Shown: positions 57,101 through 64,000 of the stretch, in pieces | Layout: each line of letters starts with the position of its first letter | Position numbering within the stretch: the first letter of the stretch is position 1 | Virus record (IMG/VR): IMGVR_UViG_3300020371_000002 | Length of the DNA stretch: 64,000 nucleotides | Origin: a virus | Lineage: Duplodnaviria; Caudoviricetes | Strand: one strand, 5' to 3' | Made by a program: the position numbers and the translations under genes | Notes under the pieces: generated by a model | The model's database searches: none | What the model saw: only the letters and a program-made list of their open reading frames with translations | What the model was told of the DNA's origin: nothing

Positions 57101-58687
57101 ATTAATTACTTCCCCATTAACTTTAATTTCTTCACCTACTTGGAACTGACCAGAGACTTGATACAAAATCATTTGATTTGTATCACTCATTGATTGATAT
57201 AAGTAACCAGAAGAATTACTACTTTGTCCTTCGATAAAAGCAGGTCTGGGAAGGATTGTTGTAGTATTCAGATTTAAGTATGTGAATGTTTGAACATCAT
57301 AGAGAGATGCTTCAAATTTTGTAGTTGCATCCTCATACTGAGCATTCTTTAGTTTTAAATCATATACTCTAGCAACACCAATTTTATTTCCTGATGCAGT
57401 TCCAGGTGTTGCTGTTCTTTTGTCATAAAGATGAACCATAGAAGTGGTTCCAAAACCAACTGGAGTCTGTCCGTAAACATTATTCAGTTCAATTTGCCTA
57501 CCAAGAGTGAAAGATAGAGACTCGTTGTTCTGTTTTTCAGTTGATCTACTTTTTGGAAGATCAATATTAGTAGTATTAATAGTTTCTACTTCATAACCTC
57601 TAACATAAGCCTTTCCTGGACTTACGGAAAGAGTGAGAAGATCCTCAGATGGAATAGCTCCACCTTTAGTTTTTTGATTCTCAAAATAAGTACCGTTATT
57701 ACCTTGTCTATCATTGAGAGACTCTCTGGTAGAAAGGGTAAATGGTTTTACATAATAATCTCCAGACTCGTCATATGTTCTCCTTGCCAACTCATCTCTG
57801 ATGAGATTATAGTTTGAGTCTTTTACAAATTTAGAGAGAATTCCATCTTCTACTCTTAAAAGTTCCACAAAGTTCTCATCATCAAAGTCATCAAGAGACT
57901 TTTTAATCAGAGTAGTTGAAATTTTAAATCTATCTGCACCAGGTGCAGCAAAGTTAGAGAATCCCCTTGCGTTGTCGAAGAGATCCGAATTACTCTGAGA
58001 TGCTGTTACTAATTCTTCAGTAATTAATAAACCAACTCTATAACTAGGTTTGTTAGTATACTGATCAAGAATAACAGTTTGTGATGCTACGTTTACAAAG
58101 AAACCACGAATAAAATATACACCATCAGCAACCCTGGCTGCAGAACCAGTTCTAGTGGAGTTTGAGATTGCAGCTGTAGCGAAAGTAGAACCTGCTCTGA
58201 TATTTGAAAGACCAAACGTAACTTCATCAAGTACGATTAAGTTTTCACCATCAGCAAAAGTCTGTCTTGCAAAATCAGTTTCACTAGAACTCTGATACTT
58301 AACGTACAGAGTATAGTTGCCTAGATCAGACGTTGAGTTGGTAATGAAGGTTTCTACCTTTGCAGTAACTCCACTATCCTCACCCTTGATTGTTTTACCA
58401 ACAATCTCAGTAAGATATAGACTGACGGGAAGACCCAAGTGAGTCTCATCAATCATTACAGCAGAAAAGTCAGAATCATATGCGATCTGACCTGGGATTA
58501 CTACTGATCCTTCTTTGAAAAAGTGTTTACCAAACTTCTCAACTTGATTCTGAAGAATCGATTGTAGAGTTGTTAATTCTCTCGCCTGAATAGGGAGTCC
58601 TGGTTTGAATAATACCTTTTGATAATTCTTAGACTCACTAAAATCGTCGAAGTATGGAGACGCATTGAGGTTAGTATTTTGTGGCAT
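51176..58687 (-). CDS. Very large virion structural protein (DUF4815-type, 2503 aa)
   Basis: N-terminal NLNASPYFDDF...KVLFKPG-PIQARELTTLQSILQNQ, ARRTYDESGDY, RYRMKDI..IEKRLKNVEYYT, RFKSGFFVDNF, DPLAESF, WDPSQFEDLKFTLYRAEF; follows g8. Confidence 0.85.
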   Translation of the reverse strand: MPQNTNLNASPYFDDFSESKNYQKVLFKPGLPIQARELTTLQSILQNQVEKFGKHFFKEGSVVIPGQIAYDSDFSAVMIDETHLGLPVSLYLTEIVGKTIKGEDSGVTAKVETFITNSTSDLGNYTLYVKYQSSSETDFARQTFADGENLIVLDEVTFGLSNIRAGSTFATAAISNSTRTGSAARVADGVYFIRGFFVNVASQTVILDQYTNKPSYRVGLLITEELVTASQSNSDLFDNARGFSNFAAPGADRFKISTTLIKKSLDDFDDENFVELLRVEDGILSKFVKDSNYNLIRDELARRTYDESGDYYVKPFTLSTRESLNDRQGNNGTYFENQKTKGGAIPSEDLLTLSVSPGKAYVRGYEVETINTTNIDLPKSRSTEKQNNESLSFTLGRQIELNNVYGQTPVGFGTTSMVHLYDKRTATPGTASGNKIGVARVYDLKLKNAQYEDATTKFEASLYDVQTFTYLNLNTTTILPRPAFIEGQSSNSSGYLYQSMSDTNQMILYQVSGQFQVGEEIKVNGEVINRTVDKVNDYRFDDVHQIVGNSGVPFTADPILDIGKLLAPAGTQYTISAASGGVSTVTSANASFAVGIKTGDIVQYTKTGNSVPTYNRVSTVNTASKNVVIEATTNVTDICDGTLPSSQITTNDFFNVSLEVKNDGDAYLFSDLTRENVANVDLSSSSLVFRKSYAVTVSGGAFSEVLETDPNVTLEPFDEEDYSLAFDNGTIEPLTDQKLVVSGRTVSLSNISTNGAAKLTVTWKKINLRPKKKVFQRSSITVISGSSKDGSGSGVEKLDDGLTYNANYGTRVQDRRISLGIPDVANVIGVFESSTNQDPALPKLTLVNLNSNVLNAIRGETIIGQDSGAAAAFVSSNGSNEIEYVPLNENPFSTNELIKFKESNISANIAGVVPGDRDIKDNFELDPAQLREYVGYSALVRKASASAPTKRLKVVYNNYYIDGSDPGDFVVVNSYDADRYTYDLPFVSGLAASDIIDFRPRVTPYSPNNLSPFEFEARTFDPLTSSSTHIIAKDKSTNLSYDYYVGRIDKLYLTKEGVFSLQKGVPALTPKIPNTLDNALEIATIVLPPYIYYADEVRTRLQSHKRYRMKDIAGIEKRLKNVEYYTALSLLESDTANMELRDPQTNLNRFKSGFFVDNFKSVLGGDIQNVQFKASIDTVEGRLRPSHYTTSLDLLLGSEVVVGAATSSNPSADYRFVTDLGDNNVIRKGDVVCLNYEHINYIENKFATRIENVNPFHVVNWIGQIELNPATDTWIETRRSARTYDIEGSYSASMAITGADSNTGMSPIDWGAWETTWTGQSTTQGPAIESITRQTGSRSTSVRGQFTRGPGIPRGRGIPITTTTTIDSRTTTFRNQTTTTTRNQSREGIQFRVGERFDSTSLGDKVVSTDVIATMRSRNIEFITRRLKPNTRLYSFFDNVDMNKYTVPKLIEIEMVSGTFGTGEVVSGSLGSASIRFRLAQQNHKYGPYNVPTETYKINPYSPADGLSATYSSTATALNVDTASLELQSASGYFGYLAKGMKLVGQSSGAIATVKDVRLITDQAGVLIGSLFVPDPITPATPTFDTGTKTFTLTSSSTNETISGFTDSSAEANFTSQGTLQNVEESTLRMRNADVQRIPRSDSRTTTETDTRLVADTTFSQRTTQQTRWVDPLAESFEVPDVNGVFLTKCDVFFRTKDTKSLPVTLQVRTLETGLPTQTILPFGECILDPDQVVLSEDGTKATTFEFPSPVYCEGGGEFALVLLSASNEYTVFISRMGEEDVTTVNKPDSEKIIVSQQPLLGSLFKSQNGATWDPSQFEDLKFTLYRAEFNAAQANVRFYNPDLDIGNRQIAALRRNPIDMVARNVVVGMAKSLSSNETTALQPGITIKQQNNKDFNAKLSKVLGSVGIGSDLVLSSVGAGFTSGSIVYTNVPLIAKTGQGSGAKAKIHVNGGVAVAATVSIGGTGYAAGDVLTVNSSDTGGFGKGLLLTIPNNAGIITAFNTLVLDNIQGSPKVDASSNLFYVGAGGSSILNGATVQFASTLNDGLHFRVKHANHGMYSGLDRVELFGIESDVKPEKITAAFDSASTDDIAVTSVGIFTAFENYPVDANNPGYVKLGQEIIKYTGVSTTNSTITGISRAIDDTKSGDYNPNDILFKYELNGVSLRRINCQHSFESTDIANYPLDIDHYWVRVGVSSRGTNRAAGSGTLPELYFNETKSAGSYDTQHSIVGSQNVPRATQNVPFNSLRTNVSILQPEGTGASARVRTFTGNSPDGDAQSFVDQGFEPISLNSNNPFTTPRIIASKVNELSRLEDFPGRKSFTMEFTLSTADNKVSPMIDLDRVNVITTMDRINSKIDNYSTDLRVNSLDSDPSAAIYLSKPINLEKAADGLKVMFDAYRHSTNDIRVLYRIFRPDTPPEYQLFELFPGYDNLDGNGVTVDIAKNSGLPDRRITASNGLNDYREYEFNARDLPPFTGFQIKIVMTGTNYAYVPKIRDLRAIASI

Positions 58688-58693
58688 TGTTCT

Positions 58694-60289
58694 TTAGAAC
58701 TCCAGTACGATTTTAATGTCTTCCTTCTGACTAGATGATCGGGGAATCGCAGTCCTGTTATCAATATAGATTAACTCACCAGACTTTTTATTATATTCTG
58801 CAGAAGCAATACCAGAGACGAAGTTAATGCCTAACTGGTATGTCGTATTATTTATTGACGTAGTAATACCGTTAAAATCGGTATTCAATTCTAAAACAGG
58901 TCCTGTAACAGAAGAACCGTTAATAGTAACACCGTATCCCGCATCAGGTGTTGCAGTAAATGGAATAATCTTAAATCCAGAATCACTCTTAGCAAGACCA
59001 ACTGGTTGATAGTATTTAAGAACCGCAGTAACAGGATCCCATGCTGCCACCATACCAATTGCAGTAGAACCAACACCAACAGTCTGAGTGATGGTGGAGT
59101 CCACTGCATATTTTGTTTCAGTGGAAACACCAGCTAACTTTAATGCCTGTAGTCCACTAACAACCGATGTATCTAGGAGTTCTTTATTACTTCCGAATAC
59201 CATCGGATTTTTAAGAACTCCGATTCTAGCAAAGTCATTTCCCTCGATAACGTCTGGATTAGTTTCCTGAGTTTCAAATCTAGAATATAAAAGAACTCGA
59301 TATGCACCCAATTCTCTGTAAACATCATATCCATGTCCACCCTTAGGTGGGATGATTACGTCAAATTGAGCTCTAGCAGTAGTACCAATACCCGTATTAG
59401 TCAGGTTTTCAATAGGACCACCAGACTCACTGCCAGGAGCGCCAGGGAAGAACTGAATGTTTCCGTGGGTATATCCCTGACCACCATCAGTAACAAAGAC
59501 TTCAGATACCTTACCGAAGGAGTCAATGGTAATGGTTGCTTTACCACCCGTACCATCACCAAGGATGGGAACATTAGCAAAAGAAGTAGAGATGGGTTGA
59601 TAACTCGTTCCCCTGTCACCAATAACTACAATCTCAATTTTGCCGTCAATGGCATTATTTTTAGTGGAAACTGTCTCACCTTGAACACCCCAGTCTTCTG
59701 GAACTGGAATGTATTCGATAGAATCAAACTTTACAATCTCAGATGGTTTAATAGTATAGAGATACTTCCAAACATAACCATCACCAGAAGTACCAGCAGC
59801 TCTTGGTTCTAAGTCAATAAATTGTGGTTGGTCATAGGAAGGACGACCTTTAGGATTCTCTGGGTCTGATCCGTTTTGCAAACAAACATATACTCGAAGA
59901 TCCTCATTAATTACATAAAAATTTGCTTCATATAAGTTTGCCTGAGAAGTTGTAGGTGTCAGATTGTAAATGTTATAGTCATGTCTATACATTTCATAGG
60001 TCGAACCAGCGACCCAATTAACCTTTCTAACAAGTCTACGAACATCTTTATCCGTAACTTTTTTGAGTGCAATAATTGACTCTTTGATCTCATTCTCTTC
60101 TCTGAATCCATCTAGAGGAGAAGGTGTATTAGTATTCCAATCACTAGTACCACCACCCTCGGGATTTGTCGAGTTGGGCAGCCCAATAAAAGAATAATAC
60201 TTATTTACTGTAGAGCCAACGCCAACAAAACTTTTCACAAAAGTCTCTGCGTTGAGAATTCTAAATTGATCCGAAATGATGGCAGGCAT
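58694..60289 (-). CDS. g8: Baseplate wedge subunit gp8
   Basis: MPAIISDQFRILNAETF, WVAGSTYEMYRHDY, RVYVCLQNG, DGYVWKYLYTI, SGELIYIDNR.AI.RS..QKEDIKIVLEF. Confidence 0.93.
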   Translation of the reverse strand: MPAIISDQFRILNAETFVKSFVGVGSTVNKYYSFIGLPNSTNPEGGGTSDWNTNTPSPLDGFREENEIKESIIALKKVTDKDVRRLVRKVNWVAGSTYEMYRHDYNIYNLTPTTSQANLYEANFYVINEDLRVYVCLQNGSDPENPKGRPSYDQPQFIDLEPRAAGTSGDGYVWKYLYTIKPSEIVKFDSIEYIPVPEDWGVQGETVSTKNNAIDGKIEIVVIGDRGTSYQPISTSFANVPILGDGTGGKATITIDSFGKVSEVFVTDGGQGYTHGNIQFFPGAPGSESGGPIENLTNTGIGTTARAQFDVIIPPKGGHGYDVYRELGAYRVLLYSRFETQETNPDVIEGNDFARIGVLKNPMVFGSNKELLDTSVVSGLQALKLAGVSTETKYAVDSTITQTVGVGSTAIGMVAAWDPVTAVLKYYQPVGLAKSDSGFKIIPFTATPDAGYGVTINGSSVTGPVLELNTDFNGITTSINNTTYQLGINFVSGIASAEYNKKSGELIYIDNRTAIPRSSSQKEDIKIVLEF

Positions 60290-60313
60290 TTTAACCGAGC
60301 TGATTTTTTTCTT

Positions 60314-60321
60314 TATTTATA
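60314..60321 (-). promoter_or_regulatory. Late promoter (TATAAATA) for g8
   Basis: Exact consensus just after the upstream stop. Confidence 0.8.
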
Positions 60322-60324
60322 GGG

Positions 60325-63300
60325 TTAAGTGAGAGGTCTTGTCCTGAAGATTTGCGCTGCAGTCGAAAGACCCACTAATCCAGCGTCAGGATTGACGATG
60401 AAGTTCTTAGGTTGTCCAGCAATTCTATTCTGGAAATCATAAATTCTACCCCATGAGTATTTACCATAGTAATCACTAATAGCAGTAGTTCCAATACCAA
60501 CTTGAATTTGACTGTTACTATTTGGACCAGGCAGGAAGGAACACGTTACTGTTACAATACCACTTACAACATCAGGAGAAGTAACTTTATCTACCTGGAA
60601 CAATCCATTCAATTTTTCACCAGCGGAAATAATACCAACTTTATTTGTTGGATAATTGTTATAACCACCGACATGTGTGCTGATTCCCGTTAGAGCATGA
60701 CCAACTGTTACGGGACTATCATAAATGATGAAATAGTCACCAATCTGCAGTTGAGAATTATTAATTCCAAATGTATTCAATGAGGAGAATCCATAACCAA
60801 GGTTAGTATTATCATTAAACTCAGACTTAAGATAGAACTCAAGTTTTGGAGGAACACTAAATCCAATACCAGTGACAAAGGTATTCATGCCAACAATACT
60901 ACCGAAGTCACCTTCAGTTTTATATGAGAACACTGTTTCTTTCTTGGGAATATCAGTTCCGACAATAACTGGAGGATTAGTGCCTCGATCATATCCAAAT
61001 CCACCATTAGTAATAACTGCGGTTGTAATTCCTCCATTAGTAACTGCACATGTAGCAGTTGCTCTGTTAATAATGGGTTCTGCATAATATGCAGTTCCAG
61101 AACCACCGACCACAATTAATCTACCATCCAGTCCAAAGTTAGAGAATACTAAATCTCCAACTGGTTGACTTTGACCACTGTCTCTGTAGTTCCAGTTTGC
61201 CAAATCCAATGAATAATAAATTTCACCTACAGTCGTAATACCGACATAAATTCCATCTCTATATCTAAGTTTTTCAAAGTCAAACGTTGCAGCTGCGGTT
61301 GTTCCTGCGGGGAGATTGTCACTGAATGGGAACCAGAAGTTTTTATCAGTAGAAGTAACAATAGTACCATTATCACCAACTGCAATAAATCTATCACCAT
61401 CATATAAAACATCTCTGAGATTTCTATTGGTATTACTTGTTTTCAGGTTCCAAATTCTACCTTTATTGGAAGAAATGATCGCACCACCATTACCAACTGC
61501 CACATACTCATTCTGAGCATAAACAATTCCATGGAGTGTTTCTAAAGTTCCAGAGTATTGACTATACAGAGTAGTAGTTCCAATACCAACACCCGTAAAT
61601 ACAGATCCACCAAAACCGATGGCAACCCAAGAACCTGCGGTATCATCCCAAATAACATCATTAAATTCTCTAGCAAATGTAGTTGGATAATCTACACTCA
61701 AACCAATAGAAGGGATTTGTCTTTGTTCTAAAAGATTAAACTCAGTAAATGGACCAATTGTATCACCATAAGAAACTGCTCTTGCAGCAGATGCATATTC
61801 ACCAACTATAGCAACTTGATAATTTGGACTATATGTTGAATCAATTGCAGTAGCTACAGCATTTAATGTAGTTGTTCCACCAAAACCAACAACTCCTCTT
61901 TCCCAGAAGAATCCACTGAGAGTATTGATATATCTACTACTGGTTCCAACTGCAATAATTGGTTCACTCTGCGTAATTTCTCTGAGATCCGCAGAAGCAA
62001 TATCGCCAGTGATAACATCAAACTTCCAATCCTTCATTGGATCCTTTCTCGTGACTTTAGATCCAGAGATAGAAATCGGTGGATTGGTGACATTTAAGTA
62101 ACCAGATCCAGAAGAAGCAATACTCAATGCAGAGATACTGGAAGATGTAGATACTGTACTTTCGATAATTGCAGGTTCAATTGATCTCTCTTCAAAGATT
62201 TGAATATGACGATCAGATTCTGCCAGAAGATCAACTTCGGAGAATACAGGGAAAGCATTCTGTACCCAAATCTGATCATCGGTTTCTCCAACGTTCTTAA
62301 TAATTCTAGTTGTTGGGGTAACCTTACTCTTATAATTCAGTCTATCTTTAGAGTAGTAAACACCTGAAATAATCTTATCCGCCTTCTGTTTTTCCCAAGA
62401 GAGAGGCCTTTCCGCATTTTGATCTGTCGAAATGCCAAGACTATCATATGTAAAGGTTTCAAGAACGTCAGAAGCAACAATTCTCTTTGTGGTTCTTGGG
62501 AACTGATCTCTATCAAGAACATCTAATTTATTCTCTTTAATCTGAATGACATCACCAGATTGAATTGTGGGAATTGGTTCAATTTCTTCAACGTCAATAG
62601 AAGACCCTCTATAGTAGAACACAGAACACTTGGATCCAGGCTTAGGTGCTTCCGTGAATATAACTCTACTACCTTTCCAAGTATAGGCCTCACCTGGTGT
62701 TTGGAGAATATCATTGACGTAGATAAAGATATTGTTAGTAACATCCATATCACTACCCTGAGCAGTCTTAAGACTAAGAATCTCAGTTACACCCGCCTTA
62801 GTAACAGATAAGGTGAATTTAGTTCTACTTCCATTGAAATATTGTGCAATATCATCAAACAAGACGAACTGGCCAGGATAGAATCCAAAGAACTTATCAT
62901 TTCCAATTTCAATAACTTCAAGTTGGAAATCGGTGTGAACTCCAACTGTAGGATCAGTAACGATACCAGCAACTGTAAGACCATCTTCTACCTTATAACC
63001 AACTCCCTCTTCAGTAATATCAAATTCACCAATATTTCCATCAACATTGACTCTTACATTTACAGTGGCACTTTGTCCAATACCTGTAGTAGTAAGTCCA
63101 GTTGCATTTGGATTATAGACTAATGGAAGGGAGAAATAACCTGGTGGTTCAACAACTTCAACGTTAATTGGTCTTTCAATTGTTCCGCCTCTAGAATAAT
63201 ACCAAGGAACAGTTGTTACACCCGACTGAACTCGAATATTGGCATTATCAATCTTCTCAAGTACATGTTGACCATCACCAAATTGTACAGACTCCATTCC

Positions 63301-63999
63301 TGCAGCTTGTACATAAGGAACAGGATATCTAAATGCACGTTGTACTGTACCACCTCTATTATAGTTGTGTGCAACAGTAGATGGACCAACTTGAATAGAG
63401 AATGATGTTGCACTACCTACCTTCTTAACAAATGCACCATTTGCAGCAACATCTCTCCCACTTGCAGAATTGTTTTGTACTCTAGGTGCTAAAATTGCAC
63501 CTTGAATAGTTCCACCACCAACAAAGTTTGAAGGTGTAGTAGAAGGACCAACATTGATCTCAACCTCAGTATTACTATTGATCTTAGAAATCTGAGCAGA
63601 GTTCCAATATGGATCACCACCCTGAGGATATCTGTGTTCAGTAGCATTACCATCCTTTGTACAAGTGAATACAAGAGACTCTGGTAAAAGTTTTACAGGA
63701 TTTCCATAGATCAAACCATGACCAGTTCCAATAGTCAGATCCATTAAACCTGTTGTTGGAGAATATGTTGCTCCAGTAACGTTATGGGAAACTGATGTAG
63801 TTGGTCCAACATTAACCGTAAATGTATTTGTGGTTGTAGCGGAAATCGATACACGACCTGCAACTGCAGCAGGATCTGTTGATCTTGGATAAGTGTGTTC
63901 TGTTTGATGATCATCCATACCACAGGTAAAGACAAATCCATCAGTAGCAAGCCTAATTGATGTGCCAGATCTTAAACCATGTGGTTTATCAGTAGTAAC
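60325..63999 (-). CDS. g7: Baseplate wedge initiator gp7-like giant protein; C-terminal part, runs off the right edge
   Basis: The frame stays open upstream of the track's Met at 63918 (VTTDKPHGLRSGTSIRLATDGFVFTCGM...). Immediately precedes g8. Contains YPR..DP repeats, a BNR/WD40-like propeller region (VAVGNGGAII.S...W) and a YSWGRI C-terminus. Confidence 0.75.
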   Translation of the reverse strand, partial: VTTDKPHGLRSGTSIRLATDGFVFTCGMDDHQTEHTYPRSTDPAAVAGRVSISATTTNTFTVNVGPTTSVSHNVTGATYSPTTGLMDLTIGTGHGLIYGNPVKLLPESLVFTCTKDGNATEHRYPQGGDPYWNSAQISKINSNTEVEINVGPSTTPSNFVGGGTIQGAILAPRVQNNSASGRDVAANGAFVKKVGSATSFSIQVGPSTVAHNYNRGGTVQRAFRYPVPYVQAAGMESVQFGDGQHVLEKIDNANIRVQSGVTTVPWYYSRGGTIERPINVEVVEPPGYFSLPLVYNPNATGLTTTGIGQSATVNVRVNVDGNIGEFDITEEGVGYKVEDGLTVAGIVTDPTVGVHTDFQLEVIEIGNDKFFGFYPGQFVLFDDIAQYFNGSRTKFTLSVTKAGVTEILSLKTAQGSDMDVTNNIFIYVNDILQTPGEAYTWKGSRVIFTEAPKPGSKCSVFYYRGSSIDVEEIEPIPTIQSGDVIQIKENKLDVLDRDQFPRTTKRIVASDVLETFTYDSLGISTDQNAERPLSWEKQKADKIISGVYYSKDRLNYKSKVTPTTRIIKNVGETDDQIWVQNAFPVFSEVDLLAESDRHIQIFEERSIEPAIIESTVSTSSSISALSIASSGSGYLNVTNPPISISGSKVTRKDPMKDWKFDVITGDIASADLREITQSEPIIAVGTSSRYINTLSGFFWERGVVGFGGTTTLNAVATAIDSTYSPNYQVAIVGEYASAARAVSYGDTIGPFTEFNLLEQRQIPSIGLSVDYPTTFAREFNDVIWDDTAGSWVAIGFGGSVFTGVGIGTTTLYSQYSGTLETLHGIVYAQNEYVAVGNGGAIISSNKGRIWNLKTSNTNRNLRDVLYDGDRFIAVGDNGTIVTSTDKNFWFPFSDNLPAGTTAAATFDFEKLRYRDGIYVGITTVGEIYYSLDLANWNYRDSGQSQPVGDLVFSNFGLDGRLIVVGGSGTAYYAEPIINRATATCAVTNGGITTAVITNGGFGYDRGTNPPVIVGTDIPKKETVFSYKTEGDFGSIVGMNTFVTGIGFSVPPKLEFYLKSEFNDNTNLGYGFSSLNTFGINNSQLQIGDYFIIYDSPVTVGHALTGISTHVGGYNNYPTNKVGIISAGEKLNGLFQVDKVTSPDVVSGIVTVTCSFLPGPNSNSQIQVGIGTTAISDYYGKYSWGRIYDFQNRIAGQPKNFIVNPDAGLVGLSTAAQIFRTRPLT

Positions 64000-64000
64000 T

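Noticed and set aside
1-64000. tRNA, rRNA, CRISPR arrays, transposases
   Set aside because: Intergenic gaps are nearly all under 110 nt and are explained by promoters and terminators; none recognised by eye (tRNAscan-SE/Infernal not run).

Overview
This is a 64-kb segment of a large T4-like cyanomyovirus (marine Synechococcus/Prochlorococcus phage type, P-SSM2-like architecture). Almost every gene is on the minus strand. In transcription order (right to left): baseplate wedge gp7 (partial) and gp8; a 2503-aa DUF4815-type virion protein; large repeat-rich virion/fibre proteins; three tandem Cys-rich Gly-rich fibre-tip-like paralogues and an assembly chaperone; a translationally coupled ten-gene tailoring operon (GT9-like glycosyltransferase, carbamoyltransferase, flavin-dependent halogenase, two DUF6445-like oxygenases, split HldC/HldA heptose enzymes, HAD phosphatase, cupin, 2OG-Fe(II) oxygenase) met head-on by an inverted gmhD-like epimerase; neck gp13/gp14, gp15, a fibre+chaperone cassette, terminase gp16/gp17, gp18-gp23, gp3, uvsY, uvsW, gp55, a degenerate halogenase-like flavoprotein, heme oxygenase ho1, gp47 and gp46 (partial). 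About 15 T4-type late promoters (NNTAAATA) and several intrinsic terminators are visible. The strongest candidate for an undescribed system is the late-promoter tailoring operon embedded in the virion module, which may make NDP-heptose and chemically decorate virion proteins. That function is inference. All product calls come from motif recognition and synteny; no database search was run. No tRNA, CRISPR array, intron or mobile element was recognised.
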